Assembly: GCA_051294375.1 (NCBI GenBank)
Contig: CM119264.1
Location: forward strand, 2,311,631-2,375,630
Direction of reading: 5' to 3'
DNA from: Paraspadella gotoi
Taxonomy: Eukaryota > Animalia > Chaetognatha
DNA length: 64,000 bases
The translations under genes were made by a program, and so were the position numbers. A model generated the notes under the pieces. It was not told the origin of the DNA and did no database searches. It was given only the letters and a program-made list of their open reading frames with translations. Of the stretch, positions 35,440 through 48,514 are shown piece by piece (the stretch's first letter is position 1; each line of letters starts with the position of its first letter).

Positions 35440-36696
35440 TTTGCAACCATACTCCCCCCGGAACCCAAAAACTCTCGGTTTCCCGGGTCGGGCGCTTGAC
35501 GGGTCATGGAAGTAACGCCGCCAAATTCCCGGTTGGCATCGTTTACGGTCGCGACTACGTCAGGGTATCTAATCCTCTTCGATCCCGCGACTTTCGTTCT
35601 TGATCAATGGAAACATCCTTGGCGGATGCTTTCGCTCTTGAGGGTCTGGCCGGGGTCCAAGAATTTCACCTCTCGCCGGGCCATACCTCCGCCCCCGTCC
35701 GTTCCTCTTGATCATTACCTGCCTCCATAAGACCAACAGAAGTGGAAGCGGGTCCTCTTCCATTATTCCATGCGCTACCGTTCGAGCGTGAAGGAGCCTG
35801 CTTTGAGCACTCCGATTTGTTCAAGGTAAACGGGTCGCGTCCGCGGCGGGCATCCAATTAAGGGCACCCACCCAGGCGCAACGGCGGGCCACCGACAAAC
35901 GGTAAAACCCCAGCGTGGATGCCGGGGACCATCTGGGTGAGACCACGACGACAACGCCCGCCACAACCCCTTGCGAGGCATGACGAGACGTCGAAACGAC
36001 GCACGATCCGAGATCCGACTACGAGCTTTTTAACTGCAGCAACTTTAATATACGCTAGTGGAGCTGGAATTACCGCGGCTGCTGGCACCAGACTTGCCCT
36101 CCACTTGATCCTCGTCGAAGGATTTAAATTACGCCCATTCCGATTACGGAGCCTCGTCAGAGTCCCGCATCGTTATTGATCGTCACTACCTCCCCGTGCC
36201 GGGAGTGGGTAATTTGCGTGCCTGCTGCCTTCCTTGGATGTGGTAGCCATTTCTCATGCTCCCTCTCCGGTGTAGAACCCTTATTCCCCGCTACCGTTAT
36301 AACCACGGTAGGCCGGGCTCCTACCGTCGACAGTTGATAAGGCAGACATTTATTAGATCAGCCGCGGCGCAGAGGCCGTGCGGTCAAGTGGAGTTATCCA
36401 GAGTTCATCAAAGAGGGACGGCCGCTACGGTCCCGCGAAGGACCGCGCTGCGCCGGCTGGTCTTGACGGGATAAAAGCGTCGCGACCCTCGCGGGCCCCG
36501 ACGGCGAAGGCATGTATTAGCTCTAGAATTACCACAGTTATCCAAACGCCGGGCAAAAAGCCCGACCCGAAGATCTAAGGAACCATAGCTGATTTAATGA
36601 GCCGTTCGCGGCTTAGCCATTAGGCGGCATGTGCTGACACTTGCATGGCTTAATCTTTGAGACAAGCATATGACTACTGGCAGGATCAACCAGGTA
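34728..36696 (-). rRNA. 18S rRNA, complete (type B, 1969 nt, GC-rich, expanded)
   Basis: Canonical termini TACCTGGTTGATCC and GGATCATTA; universal motifs present. Confidence 0.97.
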
Positions 36697-37990
36697 AACG
36701 TTCTGCTTTCTTTCCGTTCATCTTTTCCGCCGACGCGAGGAGGGTCCATCTTCACCTCACCGGTTTTGTCTCTCTCTCTCTTTTTTTTTTTCGCCCGTTC
36801 CGTCAATCCGTCGGGCTGCCCAAAACCCGCGTCGAGCAGCCTTTTGTTTTGCTCCCGTTGCCCGCCCGTGATGAGACGAGATCCCTTTCTTTTTGACGGG
36901 AACCGAGGTCGGAAACAAAAGGACACTTCGCGGGTTCTCACGATTCTAACGGGTGAACGACGGGTAAAATAAAGAGAAACCCCTTTCTTTCATCCGCCGC
37001 TGTACCCACTACGAATCGATTCCGCCAAGAAATGTCCTCGTAACCGGTCGATGTCCCGCGAAAAAAAATAAAATGAATCCCGAGTCACCGCGAGGCAAAC
37101 GGGGACTACTACCGTCTTTTTCCGATTCACTCCCCCTCGGGACCGAGAGAGTGAGAGAGCGAGAGAGAGCGAGGGACGTAGAGGTGAATTCACCCCCGCG
37201 GGCGTTCGAGTCACGAAAGAGAGAGAGAGAGAGAGATTGCCTTTCCGTGAGGGCGAAGTGACGAAACGCGGCCTCAAGGGCCGGCGATCGGGATTGAGAG
37301 AAAAATCAGGGGGAAACGAAAGGGAAGGGAAGAAAAAGCTCGGGTAATAAAGCTTTCCCTTCTCTCTCTCTCCGCTCGCGTTCCCATTCTTCTTCCTCGC
37401 ACCTTCTCACCGTCCGCGAGAGAATCACGTCCTGTCCCCCGTCCAATGTTCGAATTCCGTCAGCGACGCGGCCGAGGATTGGCCCCGTGCCCGCGTGCCG
37501 TCGCTTTTCCTTTCCCGTCGAGACCGGAGGGCTGTGCCGCGCACCCTCGGTCGATCGATCGCGGTCCGCTTGAGCCGGGCGAACGGGGCTCGGTTGGATC
37601 CGCCGCGCCTCTGGGAAAGAGAGCGGGGAACCGAACCCCGGGGCTCCGTCGGGTCGGGTCGGAGCGAGGAGCGAGCATCGAACGCTCAAACGCCGCCGCC
37701 GAGGTGAGGGACCGGGTCCGTGTGTTCATCCTCGCTCTGTCTCGGTTATTCCTGCGTTGGCCTCCCCCTCGCCGAGGGAAGAGAGCCGAGGCCGTTGCAT
37801 CGCACCAAGCCGAGCATCGCGACGAGGGTGCGAGCCGTGGCCGTCCAAGAGCCATGGTCCTTGCCGGCGGGACATCGAACGGGCAGAGCCGGGCAATCGC
37901 CGGGGTCCCAACGACCGCCGGCCTCTACACATAGGAAATTCGATTCACTACGAGGTTCCAACCCAATAGGAATAACGTTAAATGTCTCTC
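36697..37990 (-). other. 5' ETS, type B
   Basis: GC-rich segment between the 18S start and the putative initiation site. Confidence 0.75.
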
Positions 37991-38005
37991 TTATATAGGG
38001 TAGGG
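37985..38005 (-). promoter_or_regulatory. Putative RNA polymerase I initiation region
   Basis: TATATAAGAGAG on - strand at the GC-rich to AT-rich transition, resembling TATATA-purine rDNA start motifs; inference only. Confidence 0.35.
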
Positions 38006-38239
38006 AGGACACTCGAATTTTCAGAAAAAGTCAGACCCATTCCCCAAGAATATCAAAAGTACTGTTCTCGGGGGTAAAACGATTTGCCTGGGTAGCCAAA
38101 CAATGAAAGGCGTTTAACATGGGATCCTATTGCGTTGGAACCTCATACAGTCCGGTTTTTGAGGTCGACACGGGCAGGCACGGCTCAGGCAACAAAGAGA
38201 GTACTACGGAGGGAAAAATACTAATATTTGAACTACGAG

Positions 38240-40930
38240 GGTTAGGGTTGAGCAGTTTCACGGGCAAAATAGTAAGATTTCTACTACGACGACGGCAAGG
38301 GTTAGGGTTGGAGAGTTTACAAAACCGAAAAATACTAATATTTGAACTACGAGGGTTAGTGTTTGGCAGTTACACGGGTATTTGCGTGATATTGGCTAGG
38401 GTTAGGGTTAGGGAGTTTACAAAACATGAAATTTAAGACACGTATCGATGATATGAGTAAAAAATGCTAGGGTTAGGGTTGAACAGTTTAGGGTTAGGGT
38501 TTGCGAGTTTACAAAGGTGAAAATTAAGACACCTATTGACGAAATGAGAGATTATGATTAGGGTTAGGGTTGAAAAGTTTCCACGGGTGAAAAAAACTGA
38601 TGCTTAGGGTTAGGGTCGAGTAGTTTCTGAGATGCGTTAGTAGTTTAGGGTTAGGGTTGATCAGTTTTTGATATACGATTAGGGTTGAGTAGTTTAAGGT
38701 TAGGGTTGGGGAGTTTACCAAGACGAAAAGGGTTAGGGTGAGTAGTTAGGGTTAGGGTTGGGGAGTTTACCAAGATAGGGTTAGGGTTAGGGTTGATCAG
38801 TTTCTCATATGTATGGGTTAGGGTTGAGTAGTTTAGGGTTAGGGTTGGGAGTTTAAAAAGATGATAAAAAATCATTGCTAGGGTTAGGGTTGATCAGTTT
38901 CTGATATACATTAGGGTTAGGGTTGGGGAGTTTACAAACAGGAAAAAAGGGGTTAGGGTTGAGTAGTTTAGGGTTGATCAGTTTTTGATATACATTAGGG
39001 TTGAGTAGGGTTAGGGTTGATCAGTTTTTGATATACATTAGGGTCGAGTAGTTTAGGGTTAGGGTTGATCAGTTTAGATATACATTAGGGTTAGGGTAGG
39101 GTTGATCAGTTTTTGATATACATTAGGGTTAGGGTTAGGGTTGGAGTTTAATAAAAATGAAAAAAATCATTGCTAGGGTTAGGGTTAGGGTTGGAAGCTT
39201 ACAAAGATGAAAAAAATCAGGGTTAGGGTTAGGGTTGATCAGTTTCTGATATACATTAGGGTTAGGATTGGGGAGTTTACAAACATGAAAAAAGAGGTTA
39301 GGGTTGAGTAGTTTAGGGTTAGGGTTGATCAGTTTTTGATATACATTAGGGTTGAGTAGTTTAGGGTTAGGGTTGGGAAGCTTACAAAGATGAAAAAAAT
39401 CATTGCTAGGGTTAGGGTTGGGAAGTTTATAAAGATGAAAAAAATCATTGCTAGGGTTAGGGTTGATAAGTTTCTGGTTAGGGTTAGGGTTAGGGAGTTT
39501 ACAAACATGAAAAAAGGGTTAGGGTTAGGTTGGGAAGCTTACAAAGATGAAAAAAATCATGGGTTAGGGTTAGGGTGATCAGTTTCTGATATACATTGGG
39601 TTAGGATTGGGGAGTTAAAACATGAAAAAAGAGGTTAGGGTTGATCAGTTTTTGGGGTTAGGGTTGGGGAGTTTACAACATGAAAAAAAAGGGTTAGGGT
39701 AGGAGATTTACAAACATGAAAAAAAAAATCAGGGTTAGGGTTAGGAAGTTTACAAAGATAAAAAAAAAAATTGGGTTAGGTTAGGGAGTTACAAATAAAA
39801 AAAGGTAGGGTTAGGGTTGATCAGTTCTGATATAGTTATGGTTAGGGAGTTTACAAACATGAAAAAAGGATTAGGGTTAGGGTTGAGTAGTGGGTTAGGG
39901 TTGATCAGTTACTGATATACATCAGGGTTGAGTAGTTTAAGGTTAGGGTTAGATTGGAAAAAATGGTTAGGTTGAGTTTACAACATGAAAAAATCATTAG
40001 GTAGGGTGATTACAAAGATTAAGTTTTTCATATGGGTTAGGGTTTAGGAATTTACAAACATAAAAAATCATTTTTTTGGATTAGGGTTAGGGAGTTTACA
40101 AAGATGAAAAATCATAGGGTAAGGGTTGTTCAGTTTCTGAGGGTTAAGGTCGAATAGTTTAAGATTAGGGAGTTTACAAATTTGAAAAATTATTAAATTT
40201 AGCGAGTTTGGGTATTTACTTTGAGCCGAAGAATCCCACTTTCTGAAAATTGCAGGTCCGTTTTGGATCGATCTTTTCCAGAAGAAAGCGAAAGGTTAAA
40301 CTGCGAAAACTCACCTTTTACATTAATAGAGGTGAGTTAAAGAAATAAGTTTTCTCATCTTTCTGACTTNNNNNNNNNNNNNNNNNNNNNNNNNGTTTTC
40401 AGGTTAGGGTTGATCAGTTTTTGAGGGTTAGGGTTGGGGAGTTTACAAACATGAAAAAAAAGGGTTAGGGTTAGGGAGTTTACAAACATGAAAAAAAAAT
40501 CAGGGTTAGGGTTAGGAAGTTTACAAAGATAAAAAATCAATAGGGTTAGTTGGGAGTTTACAAATATAAAAAAAAATGAGTGTTAGGGTTGATCAGTTTC
40601 TGATATACGTTATGGATATAGGGAGTTTACAAACATGAAAAAAGGATTAGGGTTGAGTGAGTAAGGGTTAGGGTTGATCAGTTACTGATATAACATCAAG
40701 GGTTGAGTTAGTTTAAGGGTTAGGGTTAGGGTTGAGTTTACAAACATGAAAAAAATCATTAGGGTGATTACAAAGATTAAGTTTTTCATATGGGTTAGGG
40801 TTTAGGAATTTACAAACATAAAAAAATCATTTTTTTGGATTAGGGTTAGGGAGTTTACAAAGATGAAAAATCATAGGGTAAGGGTTGTTCATTTCTGAGG
40901 GTTAAGGTCGAATAGTTTAAGATTAGGGAG
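38240..40930. repeat. Degenerate telomere-like (TTAGGG)n array with higher-order units
   Basis: TTAGGG runs alternating with gagtttacaaacatgaaaaaa, gatcagtttctgatatacat and gagtagttt spacers. Confidence 0.9.
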
Positions 40931-41783
40931 TTTACAAATTTGAAAAATTATTAAATTTAGCGAGTTTGGGTATTTACTTTGAGCCGAAGAATACCCACTT
41001 TCTGAAATTGCAGGTCCGTTTTGATCGATTCTTTCATCCTAGAAATGATTAAATAAGGTTAAATGCACTGAGAAATCACATTAATAAAGGTATAAAAATT
41101 ACTTTTTTAAAAGATTTTTAGCGCTTTTTTTGGTAGTACAACGCTCAATAAATATTTATTCGTAAAAGAAGTTTGGCAATAGCTCAAAATGAAGGTCACA
41201 TCCTACTAGTTTCTTAGTTCCATATATATTAAGTTAAATTATATAGAAATCATTATGGTAAAATTATTTAAAAATTTACATTTATATTTTTTTTAATTTT
41301 TTGGGGATGAGTACGCTATATTTAAGCTTGGGAGAAAAAATTTTATTTATGATTAATTGAAAGAAGACTGTCTATAGTACTTGGTATCCTCATTTTTAGA
41401 TTAAAATCTTAATTATATTCTCAATACTCCCATTCCATTACTTTTTTTTAAAAGAAAATAAATTAATATTTTGATAATAACTTTTTAATGAAAAGTCGGA
41501 GAAAGTTGGAGGGTCTTAAATTAAGCTGCTCGGTTTACTGATATCGTTGAACATATAGATGTTAAATTGAGTCTATATTTTGCAAAATTAGTACAAAAGT
41601 ATGTTATAAACAAAACCATCAATATTAGTAGTACACGATTTTGAGGCTTAAAAATATTTTCGTTGATATTTTTTTCAAAAATCGTATTTGGTAATATTTA
41701 TTTGTGATTAAAAGCGTCAACAATAGTAAAGAGAGTGTCTGTTTAAATCAGAAATTAAAAGGATTAATTTTCATAACTATCAG

Positions 41784-42943
41784 GATTCCAAAAGAGAGAA
41801 GTTCCCTCCTATCGCCACCGATGATTGCGAGGTATTGTCTTCGTCGTCGCCGCAACCCGATTTATCGTCGTCAGGCGTTCTCGTAACTCACACTCCGATA
41901 ATCAGGGAAAAGGACCGAGTAATCGACGGTAACTTAACAATAACATTAATTAAGAGGATAACCTCAACAAATAATTATTAAATATTGATTCACAACAACA
42001 GATCGTTGGGGCCTCCACTCTCCGACGAAGCCCAATTATCCCATGACGAGAGAAATTTTTCAGTTGGGAAAACAAAGGTTGCCGGTTTTATGGGGCACTT
42101 CTAAGTGCAATCCTTTCGTTTCGCAAAGCAAACTTAATCTTACTCTCAGGTGAGAATTATGTGATTAAATATATAATCGTAAGATGCCAATTAAAATATT
42201 TCCTTTACGCAGCAACGACTCTAAAGAACTCGGCGAATTCCTGCCCAATGTCTTCTTGGTGGAAACCTGCAAAGAAAGCGTCGCTAAAAATGGTTTCGCC
42301 CAAAACTCTGATGCACGCGGGAAAAAGGATAAGCAGAAAACGGAAGCGGGGAAGCGGCGAGAACTCCCCCCCGGTCCCCCCTTCGTCACAACTTCTGGTT
42401 TACTCAAAAGCGAGGCTGTGACCAAAGCCTTCAATTTTCTCTTGAAGTCGGAAGTCGAACAGAGGCTTCGAAGGTCAGGAAATAACTTTTTATGATTTTA
42501 AGTATACAGTGTGTCCCAATGGTACTGTCTGTTAAGAAAAGCTTACTGCTCCTATACCAGATCGAAAAACTTTAATTCATTATAATGAATAGGCGCACAA
42601 GTATGTACCATTTTATAGAATGCCTAAATTTTAAAAATTGAACAAAGCAAACTGTAGTTATTACATAAAGCAATTGGTAAAAAAAAATTTTCAGTGATTT
42701 TAAAAAAAATTAAATATATTTTCTAATGTTTATCAAATATTTTTTTTAATATTGATTAAATGTTTTAAATCTTTTCTTTAGATGCANNNNNNNNNNTGCA
42801 GCGTTGGGATTCGCGGTCGATCGATGCAACTCAGACGAAATCATCCTCTCACGGTGAGCAGGAATTTGTTTCCATCGAGAACCGGCGAGCTCGACAATTA
42901 CGAAGGTTGGAACCGACTTCAATTGATCCATAACTCGTTTTGA
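41784..42943 (+). CDS. 3' exons of an unidentified gene: 41784-41928, 42002-42149, 42213-42473, ~42782-42943
   Basis: GT-AG introns with consistent phases and an open frame (assumes the 10-N gap is a collapsed tgca overlap); no recognisable domain. Confidence 0.55.
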
Positions 42944-43897
42944 ATGTATATATTATCGATTTCATTTTAATTTATCCATTAAAACAATAACTCTTAAACT
43001 TGGGCTCAATATCTCCCATCACATTTTTAAAAAGTGAGTTAGTTATATTTTAGTAATATTAAATTTGTAAGAAATTTAAATATTGGCATTATTGAAAATA
43101 TTCTCATTTGTCGATAATGAAATCTGTAAAATTACTACGTATCTAATCGACTTTCGGAGCGCTATCTAACTAACAGCAACGTAAATATAATGAAAATTTG
43201 GGGAAGGTACATAAGTTAGGAAATGTCGATTACGTACAAAAAATATTACTCCTTCAGTACTATCGAGCTATAAATAGATCCGCAAATGGTTTTAAAAAAA
43301 AATCATTTCTGGTTTTGATTATGTACAATGCTAAAGGTAGTCTTATCTACCTTACCCCAAAAAATATAAAATCAATAAAGTCATGTTTTAATTGGAACCG
43401 TCACAAACAGATTAAAGCGTATAAACGAATCTAATTTTTGAGGACCGAAACGAAATATTTTAACTTTAGCTTACATGATCTTGTATAAATTGCATCATTT
43501 AAAAAAATAAACCAAAAATGACAAAGGGATGGATTACTTCATTCAATCATTTAATTGAATTTATCTACATTTGTATCCATGTTTTTTTTTAATCTAAAGC
43601 CCATTTAGTTCTAAAATAACTTCGCCAACGCAATATCGTGTTTAATCCCGGCATTGACAAAGAGTGACGGTGCTAGTATAGCTACCTTCATCAGTTAATT
43701 GCAGGCGGCCTTCGCCAAAAGCAACTCCAATTTTTTCAAAATTGTCAAAATCGTGAAAGAAGCGACTCGAGAGATCTAAGGCTTAGATTTCGAAAATTAT
43801 ACTCTGCTCCGCAATAGTAATACTAATAGATTGCAATAACCTAAAAAAACTGACGGGGGCAAAAAGAGCACAAACGCCATAAACAATGATTCCTCCG

Positions 43898-46782
43898 TCA
43901 AAAACAAACGTCGGCGTCGTCGTCGGTGGAATCGGCGTCTTTCTCTTGGTTCCTCGCGAGGGCGGCGCTCCCACGCGGCGTCACCGTCGCGGCGCCTCTC
44001 CACTCCGCTCTTTTTCCTCGCGGCGTCGTGGCGCGCGGCGTGACCGGCCGCGGCGTCGGAGATCGAGACTTGAGGCCGGGTCGAGGGCGCCGCTCCGTTC
44101 GCGCGGCGTGACCTCGCGCCGCCGACTGCAGCAGAAGCGACGTTTCTTCGCGAGTGAGGTCTCCACCGTCGGCGCGGTTGACGTGAGCGCGTAGGGCGGA
44201 CTGGACGTCGAGGAGAGCGACGTCTAACTCGACGGCGTCGCGGCGCGCCTGGTGACCTTTCCATCTGCTCTGGATGACGACGGCGGCGCGATTTTCCTCC
44301 CGATCTCGTCGCTCTCTAGATTTACGTCGTCTTTTCTTCCTTTCCTCTTCCTCCTTCGCTTCCTCGAGCTCTCTCCTCTCCTCTTCCTCCTCCAGCCTTT
44401 TTCTATTCTCTTTGTCCGTATCCTCGCCCGGATCCGCCTTCCCCGAGACGCTGGGCAAAGGAGAGGCGCCGCCGCGCGACGGAGAAGGCGACGCGGCGCT
44501 TTTGTCCGATGGACGACGGTCTCGAAGATTTCGAGGGCTTTTGGCACCCTTCGAAAAAAGTTGATAAACAATAAGTTAAAAAAACAACAAGGCCCCCCCA
44601 CTCCCGCCGGTCCCTCACTCTCTAAACTTACCTTCCTCGATTCCGTCTCCTTTCCCCTCGCTCTCATCTCCGCCATTTCCGCCTTGGCCTCCTCCAACTC
44701 GGCCTTTGCCTCTTCCAATTCCCTTCCAGCCTGCTCCGCCTTGCCCGCCGACGCCGCCGCTTTCTTTCTCTGAGAGGCGCGGTCTTCCTTGGCTCGTTTC
44801 GCCGCCGCCTTCGTCCGACGCAGCTCTTCCATCAGTTCCGTCTCTCGTAAGTCGAGGGCGTCCAGACATTGCATGGCGTCGCCGACGAGAGGAATTTTGC
44901 GTCGATCCGCTTCGTCGGCGTCGTCCTCGTCGTTGTCGGCGGCGACGGGAGCGGCGGCGGATTCGCGACGCTTCTTGAATTTGGTTAAAGCCTTGGCGAG
45001 GGACTTGGCGGTTTTCGCTTCAGCGTCGTCGTCGGCGTCGTCTCTTGGGTCGACGTCCCGCTTCCGCAATCGATCGATCGTAGACCGTAAAGAGTCGTTC
45101 TCATCTCGGAGGCGATCGAACTCTGGATCGGCCGAGGATTTGGGTCGACGTCTCTCGGCTTCGAGTTCGTCTTTAAGCGACGCGTTTTCCTGCAGCATCG
45201 CCTAAGGAAAGACGAAATACGACACTCAGTTTCGTTCATTTCTTAGTTTCTTTCTTTCTTTCTTTCTCACTATCACTCACTTCCAAATCGCTCTTGAGAG
45301 ACTGCGACGCTTTCCCCAAATCCTGATTCTCCGTGTGAAGCCGGACGACGGCGTTGTTGAGCGCCTTCATCTTGGAGGAGGGCGGGGTCGACGGCGCTAC
45401 GACGGGAACTTCGCGGGCAACGGCGCTCGCTTGAATCACCTACCATTTGATTTTATAGTTTAGAATATTTTTATATAAAGTAGGTTTGTAACTTTGGTTT
45501 AGACTTTACTTCCAACTACAAAATACAATCTCTATCGCCCACCTGGTTAACCCTTCTGAGTCGCAGAATCTCCTGGTACATGGTCTCCATTTGGACCCTC
45601 AGTTCGTGGGTCGATGTCGTCTTGGCGTCGCGTTGCATCGACGTCAGTGCCGCCTCTTTGTCCTTCAGACTTTGCTCCAGTTTGAAGACGCGCTGCTTAA
45701 GGCTTCCGATGACCGAAGCAGAGTCCGATTTTCGATCGCCTGAATAATAATCGAATTGGGAATATTTGATTATAAAGGTAAATCCTCCCCTCCTATAAAG
45801 GTAAATCCTCCCCTCCTATAAAGTTAAATCCTACCTTTGTATATCCTCCCCTCCTATAAACCTCACCCAAAGTCCTTCTTGTCTCTTCCGCCTTGGAGGG
45901 ATCGAGCAGAGCCTCGATCTGCTTGTCCTTGCTCTTGACGTCTTCCTCCAATCGTCGAGCCTTTGCCTTCCCGACGCTCGACTCTTCCGTCAACCGATGA
46001 ATCGTCTTCTTCAGCTCTTGAATCTCGTCGTACATGGTCTCGGGGTCCTTGTGGGCGAGGTGCTTGGGCTTCCGTGGGGCGCGGGGGGTGGGAGTTGGGG
46101 AGTGGCCGTTTTGGTTTGAGGGAGCTGAATGAGGGAGATTAAAATTAAAATTAAAAATCCGGACAGAAAAATGAATAAAAGAAACTAATTACACTTGTTA
46201 AACAGTAAACAAACACATGCACAGTCAAACTTCCATCAAAAAATAGCTGTAGCTACCATAATCATTATCCGTTTCAGTAAAACTAAGCGTTTAGAAACTG
46301 GGAAAAAGTTAAGTTCACTTTAACCTCACAAAGTTTAACTTACTAGTAATTAAACATCTTTCGCGCTTCTGTTTCGCACTTGCAAAATTAAAGGCACTAC
46401 GTGATGCTTCTGCGTTCAGACGCTAGTATGCCATAGAAATCCCTAGTTTTCCGATAGTTATCACTAATAATGAAATATATTTTTTCGATAATAAAATATC
46501 AAATCTTTTCTGTGTACACGGAGTTCTTGTCGGTATTTTCTAGATATCATTGTTTTGTCAACAATGAAAAATCTCACCCATGTTCTGTGGATATCCAGCG
46601 GCGGCTTGTCGAAGATACTGAGAAGTGCTTAGAAAGGCGGCGTTTGACGACGCCGTTTTAGAAAGGTTCGTGACGGGGCTTCCTGGTGAGCCGACTCCGC
46701 CGCCGCGTATCGATCCCGTCGGCGGATGTCGATGCTGCCGCTGCAGATTTTCCAACCACATCGTCCTCGGATTTTTCTCCAT
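43898..46782 (-). CDS. IQCE: IQ domain-containing protein E (~679 aa); exons 46782-46578, 46124-45867, 45739-45543, 45439-45281, 45201-44632, 44548-43898
   Basis: MYDEIQELKK...RRLEEDVKSKDKQIEALLDPS, LKQRVFKLEQ and METMYQEILRL match the IQCE coiled-coil as recalled; C-terminal IQ motifs IQSRWKGHQAR and LQSAARGHAAR; phases consistent. Confidence 0.8.
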
Positions 46783-47698
46783 GACGCGGGGTGAGGCTCA
46801 TGTCGGCATCGCGTACAATTTAATATCGATGGAAACCTTCGAAAATAACAGCTCAACGTTTCGGAGTCGAAAGAGAACAAGCCGTTTCCAAGGCAACGCA
46901 TGGTTCTTTTTTTTTCTTGTCGAATTTCTAGAAGAGAAGAAATTCTACGAAAGGGAAAACAAAAGACGGTCGAAAGGCAAACGCACGACTTTCGCTCTCA
47001 ACCAAAAAAATTCGGAACTTTTTTTTCTTGTTACTACATACATAGATTCGACTCGACGTGAAAATTTAACTAGCTTATTCATTATTGAACGACAACACTT
47101 TGATTAAAATCAAATAGCTAAATAACTTTGGGCGGGTAAGTGCAAGAGATAGTCCCCGCTGAAGCGCGACGTAAAGATTCAAGATAAGGGAGAACAAGTG
47201 AAGCAAATCAAGTAAGTTTCATTTGCACACATTTTTATTTAATATTTTTTTAACAAACGCGATGGTATTTATCTTTGGTAAGTATTAGAAAAAATTGCGA
47301 AAACAAAAAAAAAAAACTGCTCGATAGTGGAAAGGAGTGCGAGGGCCCCCCAAAACAGGCAACGGAGTTAAAGCTCAATAAACAGTTCCTAGGCGTAGAA
47401 AAATGTTAACGCAATCGTAGTAAATCGTTGCAATAATGATAGTTATAATGATAATAATAATAATATTAATAATAATATAAAATCGCCGCTTGCTCTTTGG
47501 GTCGGGTCGAGGAAAAAAAGGAAATAAAAAACCAAAAAAAAAAAAAATTGTCCTATGATTAACAATAATTATAATAATCTCTCCGGTTTTAGCGTAGTTT
47601 TAATTTTTGCAGGGGCATAGGGCAATATCTCTCTATCTTTGTCTCAGACGTCGATGGGGCGGCGCGGCGCGGCGCGACGGGGGAAGAGGCGGCGGCGC

Positions 47699-48514
47699 TC
47701 ACTTGGGCATCGCCTTGACGGCGATGGCGCACTCTTCGTCTAGAGCCGCCTGGACGCTGATCATCAAGGATTCGTCGTTGTTGTGACGAGTCTTGATTTC
47801 CTCGCCCAAATCTCCGTCGGGCAGCTTGATGTCGTCGCGGACTTCCCCATCGTCGGTCATGAGCGAGAGGAAGTCGTCGCAGATGTCCAGCAGTTGCAGG
47901 TCGCGGCGGACGACGTTGGGAACCTCCATGTTGTGCGTGGACGGGCAGATATCCTCCAGCTTTTTGCCTGAAGAGAATCGGGAACCGGGGTAAGGGAATG
48001 AGTAAAGATTGTCGGGAGTGAGAAAAGAAAAGACGGAGCAGAAAAAAAAGAGGGTGGGAATAATACGATATGGGGGGGGAGAGAGAGGGGGGAGGAGAGA
48101 GAGAGAGAGAGAGAATGTCTTACCATCGACATTAGAAAAAATTAGTCTGCAAACGAAAAATTACCGGTGAAAATATCGAGCGCGACCATGTGGACCTTGG
48201 CATGCCCGTGTTTGCCAGTTTTGGAAGTGGACATTTCAACGATTTTGCAGGGACGACCTGGCGGGGGTTGAGGGGGTCACGAAAAAAATTATATAAGCGA
48301 TAAATCAAGGACAATCGTTTCTTTATAAAACTAACTTAAAATGAAAGGAGAGGTATACGTCTTTATCATTGTACCCAATATCTATTATCTAAGGATAGAA
48401 CTTACTTTTGATCATGACGAATCCTCCTTTTCTGAGAGCGGAGCATTGCATAGGATACGTTTTGGATGCTCCGGACCCGGTCTGACCGAATTCCTCAGAG
48501 TAATCTTCCGACAT
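47699..48514 (-). CDS. EIF5A: Translation factor eIF5A, copy 1; exons 48514-48406, 48257-48165, 47967-47699
   Basis: Hypusine motif [28 protein letters not shown]. Confidence 0.95.

Noticed and set aside
33671-38012. ORFs overlapping type B rDNA
   Set aside because: Overlap rRNA genes and spacers; no protein features
38240-40930. CRISPR-like repeat-spacer pattern or a true chromosome end
   Set aside because: Spacers are themselves repeated, the context is eukaryotic, repeats are degenerate and genes continue beyond
39640-41060. ~650-bp direct duplication around the gap at 40370
   Set aside because: Near-identical copies flanking an N gap indicate an unmerged contig overlap
43783-45205. Overlapping alternative-frame and antisense ORFs at IQCE (likewise at ATXN2)
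   Set aside because: By-products of GC-rich coding exons
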